This document shows, piece after piece, positions 1 to 8,942 of a DNA stretch of 47,102 nucleotides. The position numbers and the translations under genes are program-made. This stretch comes from a virus (Duplodnaviria > Caudoviricetes). Each line of letters starts with the position of its first letter. Positions within the stretch are counted from its first letter, which is position 1. The notes under the pieces were generated by a model, which did not search any database, was not told the DNA's origin, and saw only the letters and a list, made by a program, of their open reading frames with translations. The DNA lies in IMG/VR virus record IMGVR_UViG_3300027798_000068, positions 1-47,102 of that record; one strand, 5' to 3'.

Positions 1-2339
1 ACTTTACGTTGTGCCTTGCGACCAAATGTTCCGGCGCCGTTTTCTTGGTTGCCAGCTTCTGACAACCAACGATGTGGATAATAGTCAGACATTAGTTCGT
101 CGTTAGCAGTTCTAAAGTTACGTGCAAGAATGTCTACGTAGTTGCGTACAAAACGTTTAACGTTGAATCCTGAACGGCGTAGGTTCCACATCAGCATACC
201 CTTTGGATATAGTGCTGGATCTGGACAGTCAAAGTCAACAAAGTTATTGTCTAGTAGTTCTATAATAGAACTAGCAGTTTCAACACGACCTGTAGTATTC
301 CAACGTGCATCTGCAAACAAAATACCGTTTTCAGTTGATTGATCTGAATTGTCAACTAATGCCCACTTTTGAGTAGCATAGTTGAATTTGTAAATCATCG
401 GAAAGTTTTCTAGGTCGCTGGTGTCAATCCATAGATCACCGTTAGCTAGGGCTGTTCCATCGCTTTGTGTTAATGGTGCAGTAGCACTAACCATTGGACC
501 TTCTGGATCTGTACGATCGCCACCGCCTTGATTCTGAACTAAATTATTATAGCCAACCCACTTATCACCGTCATGAATCATCATGTCAACTTCGTCGATT
601 AAGCTATTATACCATAGTTGTCCGTCAGCAGTTAAACTCTTTGGAGAATCTTCTCCGGCAGTATATGTTAAACCTTTCCATAGAGTTGCCACAAAGTGTC
701 CTGCGGCTCCATCTGGATGATTATATAAGTTTGCAGTTGGTGCTGAACCTGATGTGGTAAATCCTGCATCACGGAACGCATCAGCAGTACCGTCAGTGAT
801 ATAAATTTCACCACCTTGGTTGTGCTGAATTACAATTCTGTTTGCACTGTCAACACTGGCTACAATACTTGTTCCAACTGGCATAACTGCGTTGATAGCC
901 GCGGCAACTGTTTCAGCATCGTCAACTGTGCCAGCTGTAGTAAATGTAACAGTTACGTCTGCACTCAGTGCGGTTGAACCTTTGATGCTTTCACTGATAA
1001 TAAAACTGCCTGCACCTGCAGAGAATGTTCCAGAAGCAACTACACCTGAAACAATCTTAGTTTCGCCTGCGGCTGTTCTTCTGTAAATTTTAAAATTAGC
1101 TTCAATATCTGCACCAGATAATTCAAAATCATTAAACTTTGCATACAATGTGCCTGTAGCTAAGTTGATTCCGCCACCGCCTGCATCTAAGCTAGCCAGC
1201 GCAGAATGTCCGTTAGCATACAATGGGCATTTGATTTCTTCCCATGCGGCTGTTGAGCTATTGTAACGCTTTACTCTTACACTTGCGCCTAGGTTAGGTT
1301 CGGTAGTCTTAAACCAAACTGAGCCTGTTGGGCGAGGATTTGTGTCTGTTAGTTTAAACAATGGCACACTGGTGTGTGCTGATATTTGTAGCTTTGGAGC
1401 ATAGTATGTACCAGTCTTGATACCTACTGGACTAGCTGTTGTGCTTACGCCTGCTAGTGTTCCGCCAACTGTTAGTACGTCAACATCACCGTTTAGATAT
1501 AGTTCTAGTTTACCGTTAACTGCGGCTGCTGTAACACCTACAACAGTTGCGCCAATTGCTGAAACTAGTGTAGATAAACTTGTTGCGCCTGTGATGCTTG
1601 TACCGTTTAACACCAATGTGTCTGGGGAAGTAATGCTAGTAGGAACTTTTGTGCCTGCTACTGCTGGCCAGCTCTTAGTCCAATCATTTGAACCAACTTG
1701 CTTCCACTGACCTGAACGGTTTTTATAAAATAATTTGTTTAATGTTGTAGTGGCAACAATAGCGTAGTCGCCATTTGCACCAACTGAACCCTTTGGAGCT
1801 CCGTTAGATACTTTAGTAGTATCAGTAATAACTATAGGAGTCTTTGATACAAAAGTTTGTCCGTCTGTTACGCTGGCATCGCTAGCATTCCATTCAAAAA
1901 TACCAAATGATGTGCCTGCTGTATCAAACCAATGTGTGCCGTTAACTGGGGCGCCTGCTGGAGCAGATGCAGATGCATCTAGCTGTGCTAAGTCAATGTC
2001 AGCTCGCACTACAAATGCGCGATTGCTAACACCTAAATAACTGTAAGCAGTTTGCAGGCCGTATTCGTTTTGTTCGCCTGCGTGGATAGGGTTATTATTC
2101 GCATCTGTCTTGAAAATAGGCGTGCCAAATGTGTCTGCAAGGTCTTTCTGACTAGTCAGTAAATACACCTGCCCAGCAGTTGCTTTAGCTGTTCCTGGAG
2201 CAATTCCAGATCCAGATCCATTTTGCTTATTCTCTTCAGAGGCAATAATAATTAAGGGAGTTGTACCTGGGGCAGCTGGTGTATAGAAACTCTCATCTAT
2301 TACGCTAACGCTTACGCCTGGTGAACTTAGTTGAGCCAT
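1..2339 (-). CDS. gp18: Contractile tail sheath protein (T4 gp18-like), 3' end off the window
   Basis: Absent from the ORF track because it runs off the edge. Manual translation from the ATG at 2339 begins MAQLSSPGVSVSVIDESFY and includes ...KDLADTFGTP...AYSYLGVSNRAFVVRAD, matching the sheath N-terminal SPGV..IDES and FG.P motifs. A GGAGA RBS lies upstream. Confidence 0.9.
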   Translation of the reverse strand, partial: MAQLSSPGVSVSVIDESFYTPAAPGTTPLIIIASEENKQNGSGSGIAPGTAKATAGQVYLLTSQKDLADTFGTPIFKTDANNNPIHAGEQNEYGLQTAYSYLGVSNRAFVVRADIDLAQLDASASAPAGAPVNGTHWFDTAGTSFGIFEWNASDASVTDGQTFVSKTPIVITDTTKVSNGAPKGSVGANGDYAIVATTTLNKLFYKNRSGQWKQVGSNDWTKSWPAVAGTKVPTSITSPDTLVLNGTSITGATSLSTLVSAIGATVVGVTAAAVNGKLELYLNGDVDVLTVGGTLAGVSTTASPVGIKTGTYYAPKLQISAHTSVPLFKLTDTNPRPTGSVWFKTTEPNLGASVRVKRYNSSTAAWEEIKCPLYANGHSALASLDAGGGGINLATGTLYAKFNDFELSGADIEANFKIYRRTAAGETKIVSGVVASGTFSAGAGSFIISESIKGSTALSADVTVTFTTAGTVDDAETVAAAINAVMPVGTSIVASVDSANRIVIQHNQGGEIYITDGTADAFRDAGFTTSGSAPTANLYNHPDGAAGHFVATLWKGLTYTAGEDSPKSLTADGQLWYNSLIDEVDMMIHDGDKWVGYNNLVQNQGGGDRTDPEGPMVSATAPLTQSDGTALANGDLWIDTSDLENFPMIYKFNYATQKWALVDNSDQSTENGILFADARWNTTGRVETASSIIELLDNNFVDFDCPDPALYPKGMLMWNLRRSGFNVKRFVRNYVDILARNFRTANDELMSDYYPHRWLSEAGNQENGAGTFGRKAQRK

Positions 2340-2372
2340 ATTAGTAATCTCCATGAATACATGTTCTAATTG

Positions 2373-2379
2373 TATTTAT
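2373..2379 (-). promoter_or_regulatory. T4-type late promoter (ATAAATA) for the tail sheath gene
   Basis: Plus-strand tatttat reads ATAAATA on the minus strand, about 35 nt upstream of the sheath ATG. The T4 late consensus is TATAAATA. Confidence 0.7.
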
Positions 2380-2433
2380 GGTGAAAGTACTTTTTGAGCT
2401 GATTATAACTATTAAAAAAGGGGGTAAAAAGGT

Positions 2434-2440
2434 GTAAATA
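2434..2440 (+). promoter_or_regulatory. Late-promoter-like GTAAATA, 5 nt before the ATG at 2446
   Basis: TAAATA core, then actac, then ATG, leaving no room for an RBS. Confidence 0.55.
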
Positions 2441-2445
2441 ACTAC

Positions 2446-2781
2446 ATGAGACCACTTTGTTCATGCGGATTGCGGCCGTGCGCAGTAAATTATCGCAAAG
2501 GAAAGAAAACTTACTATCGTAAGTTATGTGAAGCTTGTTTATATAAAGGAAGCAACGCCGGCTCACCTAAATGGTTTCGGTCAGGTTACAAATTAAAAAA
2601 CATATGTGATAAGTGTGGATTTAAAAATCCACACAAAGAAGTTTTTAATGTGTTTCACGTAGACGGCGATCTAAATAATTGCCGTGTGGCTAATCTTAAA
2701 ACGGTGTGTGCAAACTGTCAGCGGGTTTTGCATAAAGAAGGGGTTCGCTGGCGGCAGGGCGATCTTGTACCAGATCTTTAA
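2446..2781 (+). CDS. Zn-finger / degenerate HNH-like protein
   Basis: CxC and CxxC pairs, and CDKCGF...FHVDGDLNNC..NLKTVCANC, which follows the HNH pattern with the His positions partly substituted. Confidence 0.7.
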   Translation: MRPLCSCGLRPCAVNYRKGKKTYYRKLCEACLYKGSNAGSPKWFRSGYKLKNICDKCGFKNPHKEVFNVFHVDGDLNNCRVANLKTVCANCQRVLHKEGVRWRQGDLVPDL

Positions 2782-3376
2782 CCTGCGTAAACAGATCGTT
2801 AATACTTCCGTTGTTATCAAAGATATGATCAAATTTAGTTCCGACCCATGCCGTTTCACTAGCGTGAATCTTTTGCTCAGTTAACCAAGTTTTAGCACTG
2901 CTTTTTCCCTTATTGGCTTGCAAAGCAATATCATACCAATGCGGGCGAATTCCACGTTCAACACAGACAATTTTACCGCCTGCTTCTTTAATTGATTTAA
3001 TTTCATTAGGAAAACGACAGTCGCTAATAACAATATCGTCTCGGCTGTTGCGTAGTTTGTTTTCTAGAGCGGCAATCCAAATGTCATCGTGGAAGCCTTT
3101 CCTGCAGACTTCAGTGCCCCAATATTGTAGTACCCAACGAGGAGTTAAGTTAGGCATATTCAATCGTTCACTCCACCACGGGTCTATTTGTTCTCGCCAT
3201 TCACGAGCAGATGTAGTACGTCCTTCAAGCATAGTTCTATCCCAACCAAACACCTGAGCAACTGCATCTTTTAAACTGTTGGCAAAACTTTCACGCCTAA
3301 AACCGTGGAAATTTGTAAGATAATCAGCAACTGTATCTTTGCCGCTACCAATGAACCCGCATACACCTATGATCAT
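2696..3376 (-). CDS. Deoxynucleoside monophosphate kinase (T4 gp1 / T5 dNK family)
   Basis: N-terminal P-loop IIGVCGFIGSGKDT, SFANSLKD, PRWVLQYWGTEVCR, ISDCRFPNE and HASE motifs. Confidence 0.9.
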   Translation of the reverse strand: MIIGVCGFIGSGKDTVADYLTNFHGFRRESFANSLKDAVAQVFGWDRTMLEGRTTSAREWREQIDPWWSERLNMPNLTPRWVLQYWGTEVCRKGFHDDIWIAALENKLRNSRDDIVISDCRFPNEIKSIKEAGGKIVCVERGIRPHWYDIALQANKGKSSAKTWLTEQKIHASETAWVGTKFDHIFDNNGSINDLFTQVKDLVQDRPAASEPLLYAKPADSLHTPF

Positions 3377-3383
3377 AAGAACC

Positions 3384-3422
3384 CCTGTAATTTCTGCTAT
3401 TATATAACAGATCTATTACAGG
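3384..3422. repeat. Inverted repeat overlapping the kinase promoter and RBS
   Basis: cctgtaat (3384-3391) pairs with attacagg (3415-3422), with an inner tctg/caga pair. Confidence 0.6.
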
Positions 3423-3428
3423 AGTCAA
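3399..3428 (-). promoter_or_regulatory. Sigma70-type (early) promoter of the dNMP kinase gene
   Basis: Minus strand reads TTGACT, 18 nt, TATAAT, ending about 22 nt upstream of the ATG at 3376. Confidence 0.65.
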
Positions 3429-3435
3429 TAATTTG

Positions 3436-4212
3436 TTAGCCAATTACAAAAGTTAGAGGTGTTCCGCCCGGAATCATTTCGTTGATTTCTTTTTCTAATT
3501 TTTCAACTTCTGATTGGCCAGCAGTTAATAATGCGCCGCCGTTCATTTGAATGGCTTGTCCCGGTCCTGCAATGCTTGCAAACTTGCTACGAGCTTCACC
3601 TAGTATTAGTTTGCAAACTGCTAGACTATAGTCATACAACCACTGTTTGGCATATGTATCTTGCAATAGCACAAAATCTGGTCTAAAATTATGTGTTCTT
3701 AACATAATTTGCTCTTGGGTGGCAAACGGTCTTTGCAAGATTGTAAGAATGTGACTTGTAGGTTTCCACTTAAATTCTATAAAACTACCAAACATTTTAC
3801 CTACTAATTTTTGGTATCCGGAATACAACTCATAAGTTGCTAGACCGCCCATCATGCTTGAACTCAACAAATAAGTGTTAGTATATGCTAAATTAAACGG
3901 CTCAAACAGAGAACCGCCTGCGCCCATGCCGCTTCTACTACCAATTGCTCTACGGTAGACACTTTGTACTTCGATAACTTCGTCGGGCAGTCTGTATTCG
4001 TTAACATCCTGCTGAAGTTCTAGAAACATATAGCTTTCTTCAACAGCATTACTACTTCTTTGTCTAAATTTACTAAGCGCCCTATTGAGTGCAGTTTCAT
4101 AGTGAATTGGATCTAGCTCGACTTCAACCATTCCGGAGCCAAGCATGGCTTGAATGTAGTCAAAGACTTTTTGGCGTTCTTGTTGGCTCGTTGTAGCGTT
4201 AGTATCAGGCAT
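3436..4212 (-). CDS. gp13: Neck protein (T4 gp13-like)
   Basis: LG...VEVEL near the N-terminus and W...Y..A..K.ILGEARSKF..I.GPG..IQMNG..L...G..E...LE near the C-terminus. Start moved to the ATG at 4212 (MPDT...), which follows a GGGAGAG RBS. Confidence 0.85.
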   Translation of the reverse strand: MPDTNATTSQQERQKVFDYIQAMLGSGMVEVELDPIHYETALNRALSKFRQRSSNAVEESYMFLELQQDVNEYRLPDEVIEVQSVYRRAIGSRSGMGAGGSLFEPFNLAYTNTYLLSSSMMGGLATYELYSGYQKLVGKMFGSFIEFKWKPTSHILTILQRPFATQEQIMLRTHNFRPDFVLLQDTYAKQWLYDYSLAVCKLILGEARSKFASIAGPGQAIQMNGGALLTAGQSEVEKLEKEINEMIPGGTPLTFVIG

Positions 4213-4228
4213 ATTTGCTCTCCCTACA

Positions 4229-4248
4229 TATTTAGCTGGCGATAAATA
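4229..4248. promoter_or_regulatory. Back-to-back divergent late promoters
   Basis: CTAAATA on the minus strand (4229-4235) faces gp13 and ATAAATA on the plus strand (4242-4248) faces gp14. Confidence 0.7.
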
Positions 4249-4253
4249 TGAGT

Positions 4254-5591
4254 ATGCCGCGAATATCACTATACAAACCCGAACGAGGGCAAGACTATAA
4301 ATTTATAGATCGTCAAATTTCTGAAATATTTCAGGTTGGCGGTACAGACGTGCATCTGCACAAATATTTAGGTCCTGCAAATCCTACCGAACAGTCTGCA
4401 ACAGCAGACCAACCCCATTACGTTAATGGGGTCAAAGAAACAAACATTCAAGATCTATTGTTGTTAGAAAATAGAGATAGAAAATATGATCCTAGTATAT
4501 ACAGAATTAGAGGTCTGTACAATGTACAAAATATTGATTTTAATTTAAGTCAGTTTGGGTTGTTCATTGATAACGACACATTGTTTATGACTGTACATAT
4601 TAATGATTTTATTAATTATATCGGACGCAAACCGCTCAGTGGTGATGTTATAGAATTACCACATCTGCGTGATGAGTTTGCATTAAATGATTTTGATATT
4701 AGCTTGCCTAGATATTATGTTATTGAAGACGTAGGTCGTGCAAGTGAAGGATTTAGTGCCACATGGTATCCGCATTTGTATAGATTAAAATGCAAAAAGA
4801 TTACTGACAACCAACAGTTTTCTGATATACTTGATCAGCCTGCCAAAGAAGGTAGTGATCAAACTCTCCGTGACTTGTTAAGCACTGCGGCAAAAGAATT
4901 AGCTGTTAACGACAGTGTGTTGTCACAGGCAGAAGCCGATGTTCCTCAAAGTGGATTTGAGACTAGACAATACTATACACTGGCGGTTGATCCAACAAAC
5001 GGTCAACCTGTCTTAGAAACAACCACGGGCGGAGATACTGTACCCGGTGTTCCAAATCGCACTGGGTATAGTGGATACTTACTAGGCGACGGTTACCCAC
5101 CTAATGGTCACAGTTTTGGACATGGCATTCAGTTTCCCCAAGCACCTCAAGAAAGCGATTTTTTCTTGAGGACTGACCTGCTACCAAATAGATTATTTAA
5201 ATACAACGGAACTCGTTGGTTAAAAGTTGAAGACAAAGTTAGACATACCTTGACAAATACTGATACTAGACAAACTCTTAAAACTGGGTTTATCAACAAC
5301 AAAAATATTACCGGTACTACTATCGTCCAAGACGGAGTCGACATTCCAACTACCAATACCATTACTATTCAAACAGCAATACCTTACACTGCTGGCATGG
5401 GTGGCAAGGTATTCATTGGAGATTCAAAAGTACAATCAGTGGTTGTTACATCTGGTGTAGGAGGTAACGCATTGATCACTATGGGTGAAACTGCCCCAGC
5501 CAATAGTAATGTTCAATGGACATTATTCAAATCGTTCATTGATGAACGTAGTTCCATTAGCAAGGCAGTTAAGCCTAAGGCAGATTTATAA
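4254..5591 (+). CDS. gp14: Neck / head-completion protein (T4 gp14-like) with C-terminal extension
   Basis: GTDV..HKYLG, LSQFGLFI..D.LFMTV, R.P..GDVIELP and Y.L.CK motifs, plus its position between gp13 and gp15. The ATG at 4254 (MPRISLY) is preferred over 4248. Confidence 0.75.
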   Translation: MPRISLYKPERGQDYKFIDRQISEIFQVGGTDVHLHKYLGPANPTEQSATADQPHYVNGVKETNIQDLLLLENRDRKYDPSIYRIRGLYNVQNIDFNLSQFGLFIDNDTLFMTVHINDFINYIGRKPLSGDVIELPHLRDEFALNDFDISLPRYYVIEDVGRASEGFSATWYPHLYRLKCKKITDNQQFSDILDQPAKEGSDQTLRDLLSTAAKELAVNDSVLSQAEADVPQSGFETRQYYTLAVDPTNGQPVLETTTGGDTVPGVPNRTGYSGYLLGDGYPPNGHSFGHGIQFPQAPQESDFFLRTDLLPNRLFKYNGTRWLKVEDKVRHTLTNTDTRQTLKTGFINNKNITGTTIVQDGVDIPTTNTITIQTAIPYTAGMGGKVFIGDSKVQSVVVTSGVGGNALITMGETAPANSNVQWTLFKSFIDERSSISKAVKPKADL

Positions 5592-7039
5592 TGCAACATT
5601 TTTATGATGGTCAGATACGCAGATATCTGTTACAAACAATTAGAGTCTTGAGTAATTTTACAGTCAAGTACGGGGATGGAAGATTAGTTAGGATCCCGGT
5701 AATTTATGGTGATGCAGATAGACAGACGGCATCAATCATGCGACAGAACAGTGAAAACAAAATTAACAGTGCTCCTAGGATTGCTGTCTATATCACTGGA
5801 CTTTCTTTAGATCCTAGCAGACTATCTGATTCAACATTTGTTGGCAAAGTGCATGTGAGAGAACGAGCAGTTGACCAAGACACTGGTGAATACACAACAG
5901 GAGAAGGTGCTAACTACACCATTGAGCGCCTAATGCCAACTCCGTTTAAGTTAGACATCAAGGCCGACATCTGGGCGGCCAACACTGACCAAAAATTACA
6001 GATACTAGAACAAATTTTAGTATTGTTTAATCCAACATTAGAATTACAGACTACTGACAATTATGTTGATTGGTCTAGTCTTAGTGTGTTAGAAATTAAA
6101 GACCTGGCGTGGAGTTCTCGCAGTGTGCCTGTTGGTGCTGACAGTCCTATTGACATTGCCACTATAACATTTACTACTCCTATCTGGATTAATCCTCCTG
6201 TAAAAATCAAACAACTTGGTATTATTACACAAATCATTACCAGTCTGCACGAAGGCATTAGTACGCCAGAAGCTTCTTACATCGACGGCTTAGGTACTGA
6301 TCCAATTGCTGACGGGGCACAGAGCGGTATTACATTAATAACTAGGATTCCAGTAGCACTAAGCGGATACGGTGTACAAGTATACAACGGTCAAGCTAAA
6401 CTATTAGCAAAAAATGAAAGTGTTGTTGCTAGTGAACCGTATGCTATTCCAATTAAACAAGGTACTGACATCAGTTGGTTTACTTTGTTAAATCAATATC
6501 CTGGTCAGTATACAGCTGGGTATAGTCAAATATATCTTAAACAACCACTTGGTAACGAAGTAGTTGGAACTATTGCAATTAATCCAGCAGACGACTCAGT
6601 ATTAACAATAAATTGGGATAGTGACACGTATCCTAATAATACTGACCTAGACTTATCTGGACCGCGAAGTGCAAGCCCGGGAACATTTGACGCCATAGTT
6701 AATCCGTTAACTTTTAACCCTAGGGGTCAAGACGGACTTGGTACATTGGCAGCAGGCGCTCGCTTTTTAATTGTAGAAAATATCGGTGATATAGACAACG
6801 AAGACGGTCCGGATGCTTGGAAATCAACTGGTGGGGTTGACTTTGTTGCTAAAGAAAATGATATAATACAGTGGAGCGGCACACAGTGGCAAGTTATTTT
6901 TGAAGCTGCTCAGAGTGAAGACATCCTGGTCTATCAAACAAATATATATACTGGAGTTCAGTATAAGTGGGACGGTGTTAGCTGGACTAAATCGTTTGAA
7001 GGCGAATATGAAGAGGGTTCATGGAGACTAAGACTATAA
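5591..7039 (+). CDS. gp15: Tail sheath stabilizer / tail completion protein (T4 gp15-like) with C-terminal extension
   Basis: HFYDGQIRRY, RIPVIYG, PRIAV, MPTPF and LQILEQILVLFNP match gp15 motifs. Coupled to the upstream gene by a TAATG overlap. Confidence 0.85.
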   Translation: MQHFYDGQIRRYLLQTIRVLSNFTVKYGDGRLVRIPVIYGDADRQTASIMRQNSENKINSAPRIAVYITGLSLDPSRLSDSTFVGKVHVRERAVDQDTGEYTTGEGANYTIERLMPTPFKLDIKADIWAANTDQKLQILEQILVLFNPTLELQTTDNYVDWSSLSVLEIKDLAWSSRSVPVGADSPIDIATITFTTPIWINPPVKIKQLGIITQIITSLHEGISTPEASYIDGLGTDPIADGAQSGITLITRIPVALSGYGVQVYNGQAKLLAKNESVVASEPYAIPIKQGTDISWFTLLNQYPGQYTAGYSQIYLKQPLGNEVVGTIAINPADDSVLTINWDSDTYPNNTDLDLSGPRSASPGTFDAIVNPLTFNPRGQDGLGTLAAGARFLIVENIGDIDNEDGPDAWKSTGGVDFVAKENDIIQWSGTQWQVIFEAAQSEDILVYQTNIYTGVQYKWDGVSWTKSFEGEYEEGSWRLRL

Positions 7040-7467
7040 CAGAAATTGTCTGTAGCGGCGCATTAATTTACGCCAAGAAAAGTCACAGGTTTTTACTCTT
7101 ACAAAAAACAAATGGAAAACATGCCGGTACATGGGGATTGGTCGGCGGTACCAATCTCGAAGGTGAGACTGCGTGGCAGGGACTTCAACGTGAAATTACT
7201 GAAGAAATTGGCAGTAATTTTAAAATAATTAAGACCATACCTATTGAAACTTTTGTCAGCAATGATAATGTTTTTAACTTTCATACCTATCTATGTGTAG
7301 TAGAAGACGAGTTTGTGCCCATTCTTAGCAATGAGCATAACGGATGGGCTTGGGCTACTATTGATCACGCACCAAAACCTTTACACCAAGGTCTTAGGAA
7401 TAGTTTTAGCAATAGAACTGTACGTACTAAATTACAAACAATCTTTGACCTAGTTGGTCTAATCTAA
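7021..7467 (+). CDS. NUDIX hydrolase
   Basis: Nudix box GGTNLEGETAWQGLQREITEEIG. Confidence 0.9.
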   Translation: METKTITEIVCSGALIYAKKSHRFLLLQKTNGKHAGTWGLVGGTNLEGETAWQGLQREITEEIGSNFKIIKTIPIETFVSNDNVFNFHTYLCVVEDEFVPILSNEHNGWAWATIDHAPKPLHQGLRNSFSNRTVRTKLQTIFDLVGLI

Positions 7468-7468
7468 T

Positions 7469-8299
7469 ATGTTTAACTGGTTTAAGAAAACAAAAAGTTG
7501 GGTACGATTCTATTCTATGGATCAAAATGTATCTATCATGTACCCTGTAGTTGACAATCGACTAACCGATCGAGATTGGAACAACGTAGGTGATATCTCA
7601 AGAAATAGACCTGAACAAGGTAAGCAGATAGTATTGAACTGTCCAGCTATTAAACAAATTACCAGTGTCGGCTATGTACTGCGAGCGCCTGCTGATTTTA
7701 TAATCAAGACAGGGCCGAGTATTCAACATTTATCGTGGGAAACTCCATTTGTGTTTAAAAGACACAGCGACAAATATACATTTAGTGGTAGTGAATACTA
7801 TATTAGTTGGCATAGTCCATCACAAACCGAACCATTGATTCCAAAAGAAATTTCCAACACAGACAAACCGTATTTGCATTCGGCAGTGAAAGTTGAGACT
7901 CCTTGGCGAGTCAAAGCCAGTGACGATATTGTATTGTTGCAGTTACCTGTGACTTATAATAATGAAGCTAGGTTTACTGCTGCCATAGGTGTGTTAGATC
8001 CAAAATACATGCATTCTGTTAGTGTACAACTGTTTTGGCATGTGCTTGAAGGTGAAACATTGGTCAAAGCAGGCACTCCACTAGTACAGTATGTTCCGGT
8101 ACAAAGAAGTTTATTTCAAAAAAATTCAGTAGACTTTATTGTTGATACTGCTACAGATGTAGAAAAAGAAATTGAAGAAGCCTATGCGTTTGCCAATCAC
8201 AGTCGCTTCCCTAAAACAGATTCTGCTGGTAATAAAGTAAGAGTAATTACTCAGCTGTTTGAATACTTTAGAAAAAAATATCCCAAGTCTAAAATTTAA
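7469..8299 (+). CDS. Conserved phage protein, possibly a dUTPase-like beta-clip / DUF6065-like fold; paralog of 21480-22268
   Basis: CP.I.....GY...PADF, KVETPWR and ETLVKAGTPLVQ are shared with the paralog. The fold call is an inference. Confidence 0.6.
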   Translation: MFNWFKKTKSWVRFYSMDQNVSIMYPVVDNRLTDRDWNNVGDISRNRPEQGKQIVLNCPAIKQITSVGYVLRAPADFIIKTGPSIQHLSWETPFVFKRHSDKYTFSGSEYYISWHSPSQTEPLIPKEISNTDKPYLHSAVKVETPWRVKASDDIVLLQLPVTYNNEARFTAAIGVLDPKYMHSVSVQLFWHVLEGETLVKAGTPLVQYVPVQRSLFQKNSVDFIVDTATDVEKEIEEAYAFANHSRFPKTDSAGNKVRVITQLFEYFRKKYPKSKI

Positions 8300-8883
8300 A
8301 TTACAAGTTTAGTTAGAGGATGCTTATTGATAGTTCCTCGTAGAAATGTATTAAAGCTCAAAGTGATACGCGGAGAATCTCCTTGGTATTCTTCTACCAA
8401 GTGTTCAACAGAACTGGGGAAAATCAACATTTCGCCAGGCGCTAAGTTTATTCCCCAACGTTTAGAATTATACAAATTTGACTCGATGATATCGTACTCC
8501 AGTGTATCAAACGAGCTGGTTATAAACACTGTTGCGCCTCCTTGATTGTCAGTAGCTAGCGAAACAATACCACTTAAGATAGAATTTGGATGCCAGTGTC
8601 TATGATGACTTTGCCCTTTTTCTGTTTTGTTAACCCATGACTCGGTGATATAAATTTCACATTCTGGAGCCGCATTTATAATTCCGTAAAAGTAGGACTG
8701 TACTTTTTCCATAATTGCTTGTTTAATTTGAGCAAATTCGTTTGTGTCTAATACCTGCTGACTACTACTGATACTGTTGTTATAATTTTCAAGCCATTCA
8801 ATATTAGACATGTCTAAATTTAAATCAATTGTAGTTTTAAACATCGGTTTGGCAAACAAAGGGATCAGCTGTTCATTAATCAT
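8296..8883 (-). CDS. 2OG-Fe(II) oxygenase, TIGR02466-like
   Basis: ITESWVN, HWHPNSILSG, GEMLIFPS...H and RITLSFN. Start set at the ATG at 8883 (MINEQLIPLF). Confidence 0.85.
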   Translation of the reverse strand: MINEQLIPLFAKPMFKTTIDLNLDMSNIEWLENYNNSISSSQQVLDTNEFAQIKQAIMEKVQSYFYGIINAAPECEIYITESWVNKTEKGQSHHRHWHPNSILSGIVSLATDNQGGATVFITSSFDTLEYDIIESNLYNSKRWGINLAPGEMLIFPSSVEHLVEEYQGDSPRITLSFNTFLRGTINKHPLTKLVI

Positions 8884-8942
8884 TAAAGGGCACCTGTAAG
8901 TATGATATATATAGTACTTCACACCTGGTTAACAAACAATTT

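Noticed and set aside
142-1710. Short plus-strand ORFs in the track (142, 494, 892, 1417)
   Set aside because: They are antisense shadows of the tail sheath gene and lack an RBS or recognisable motifs.
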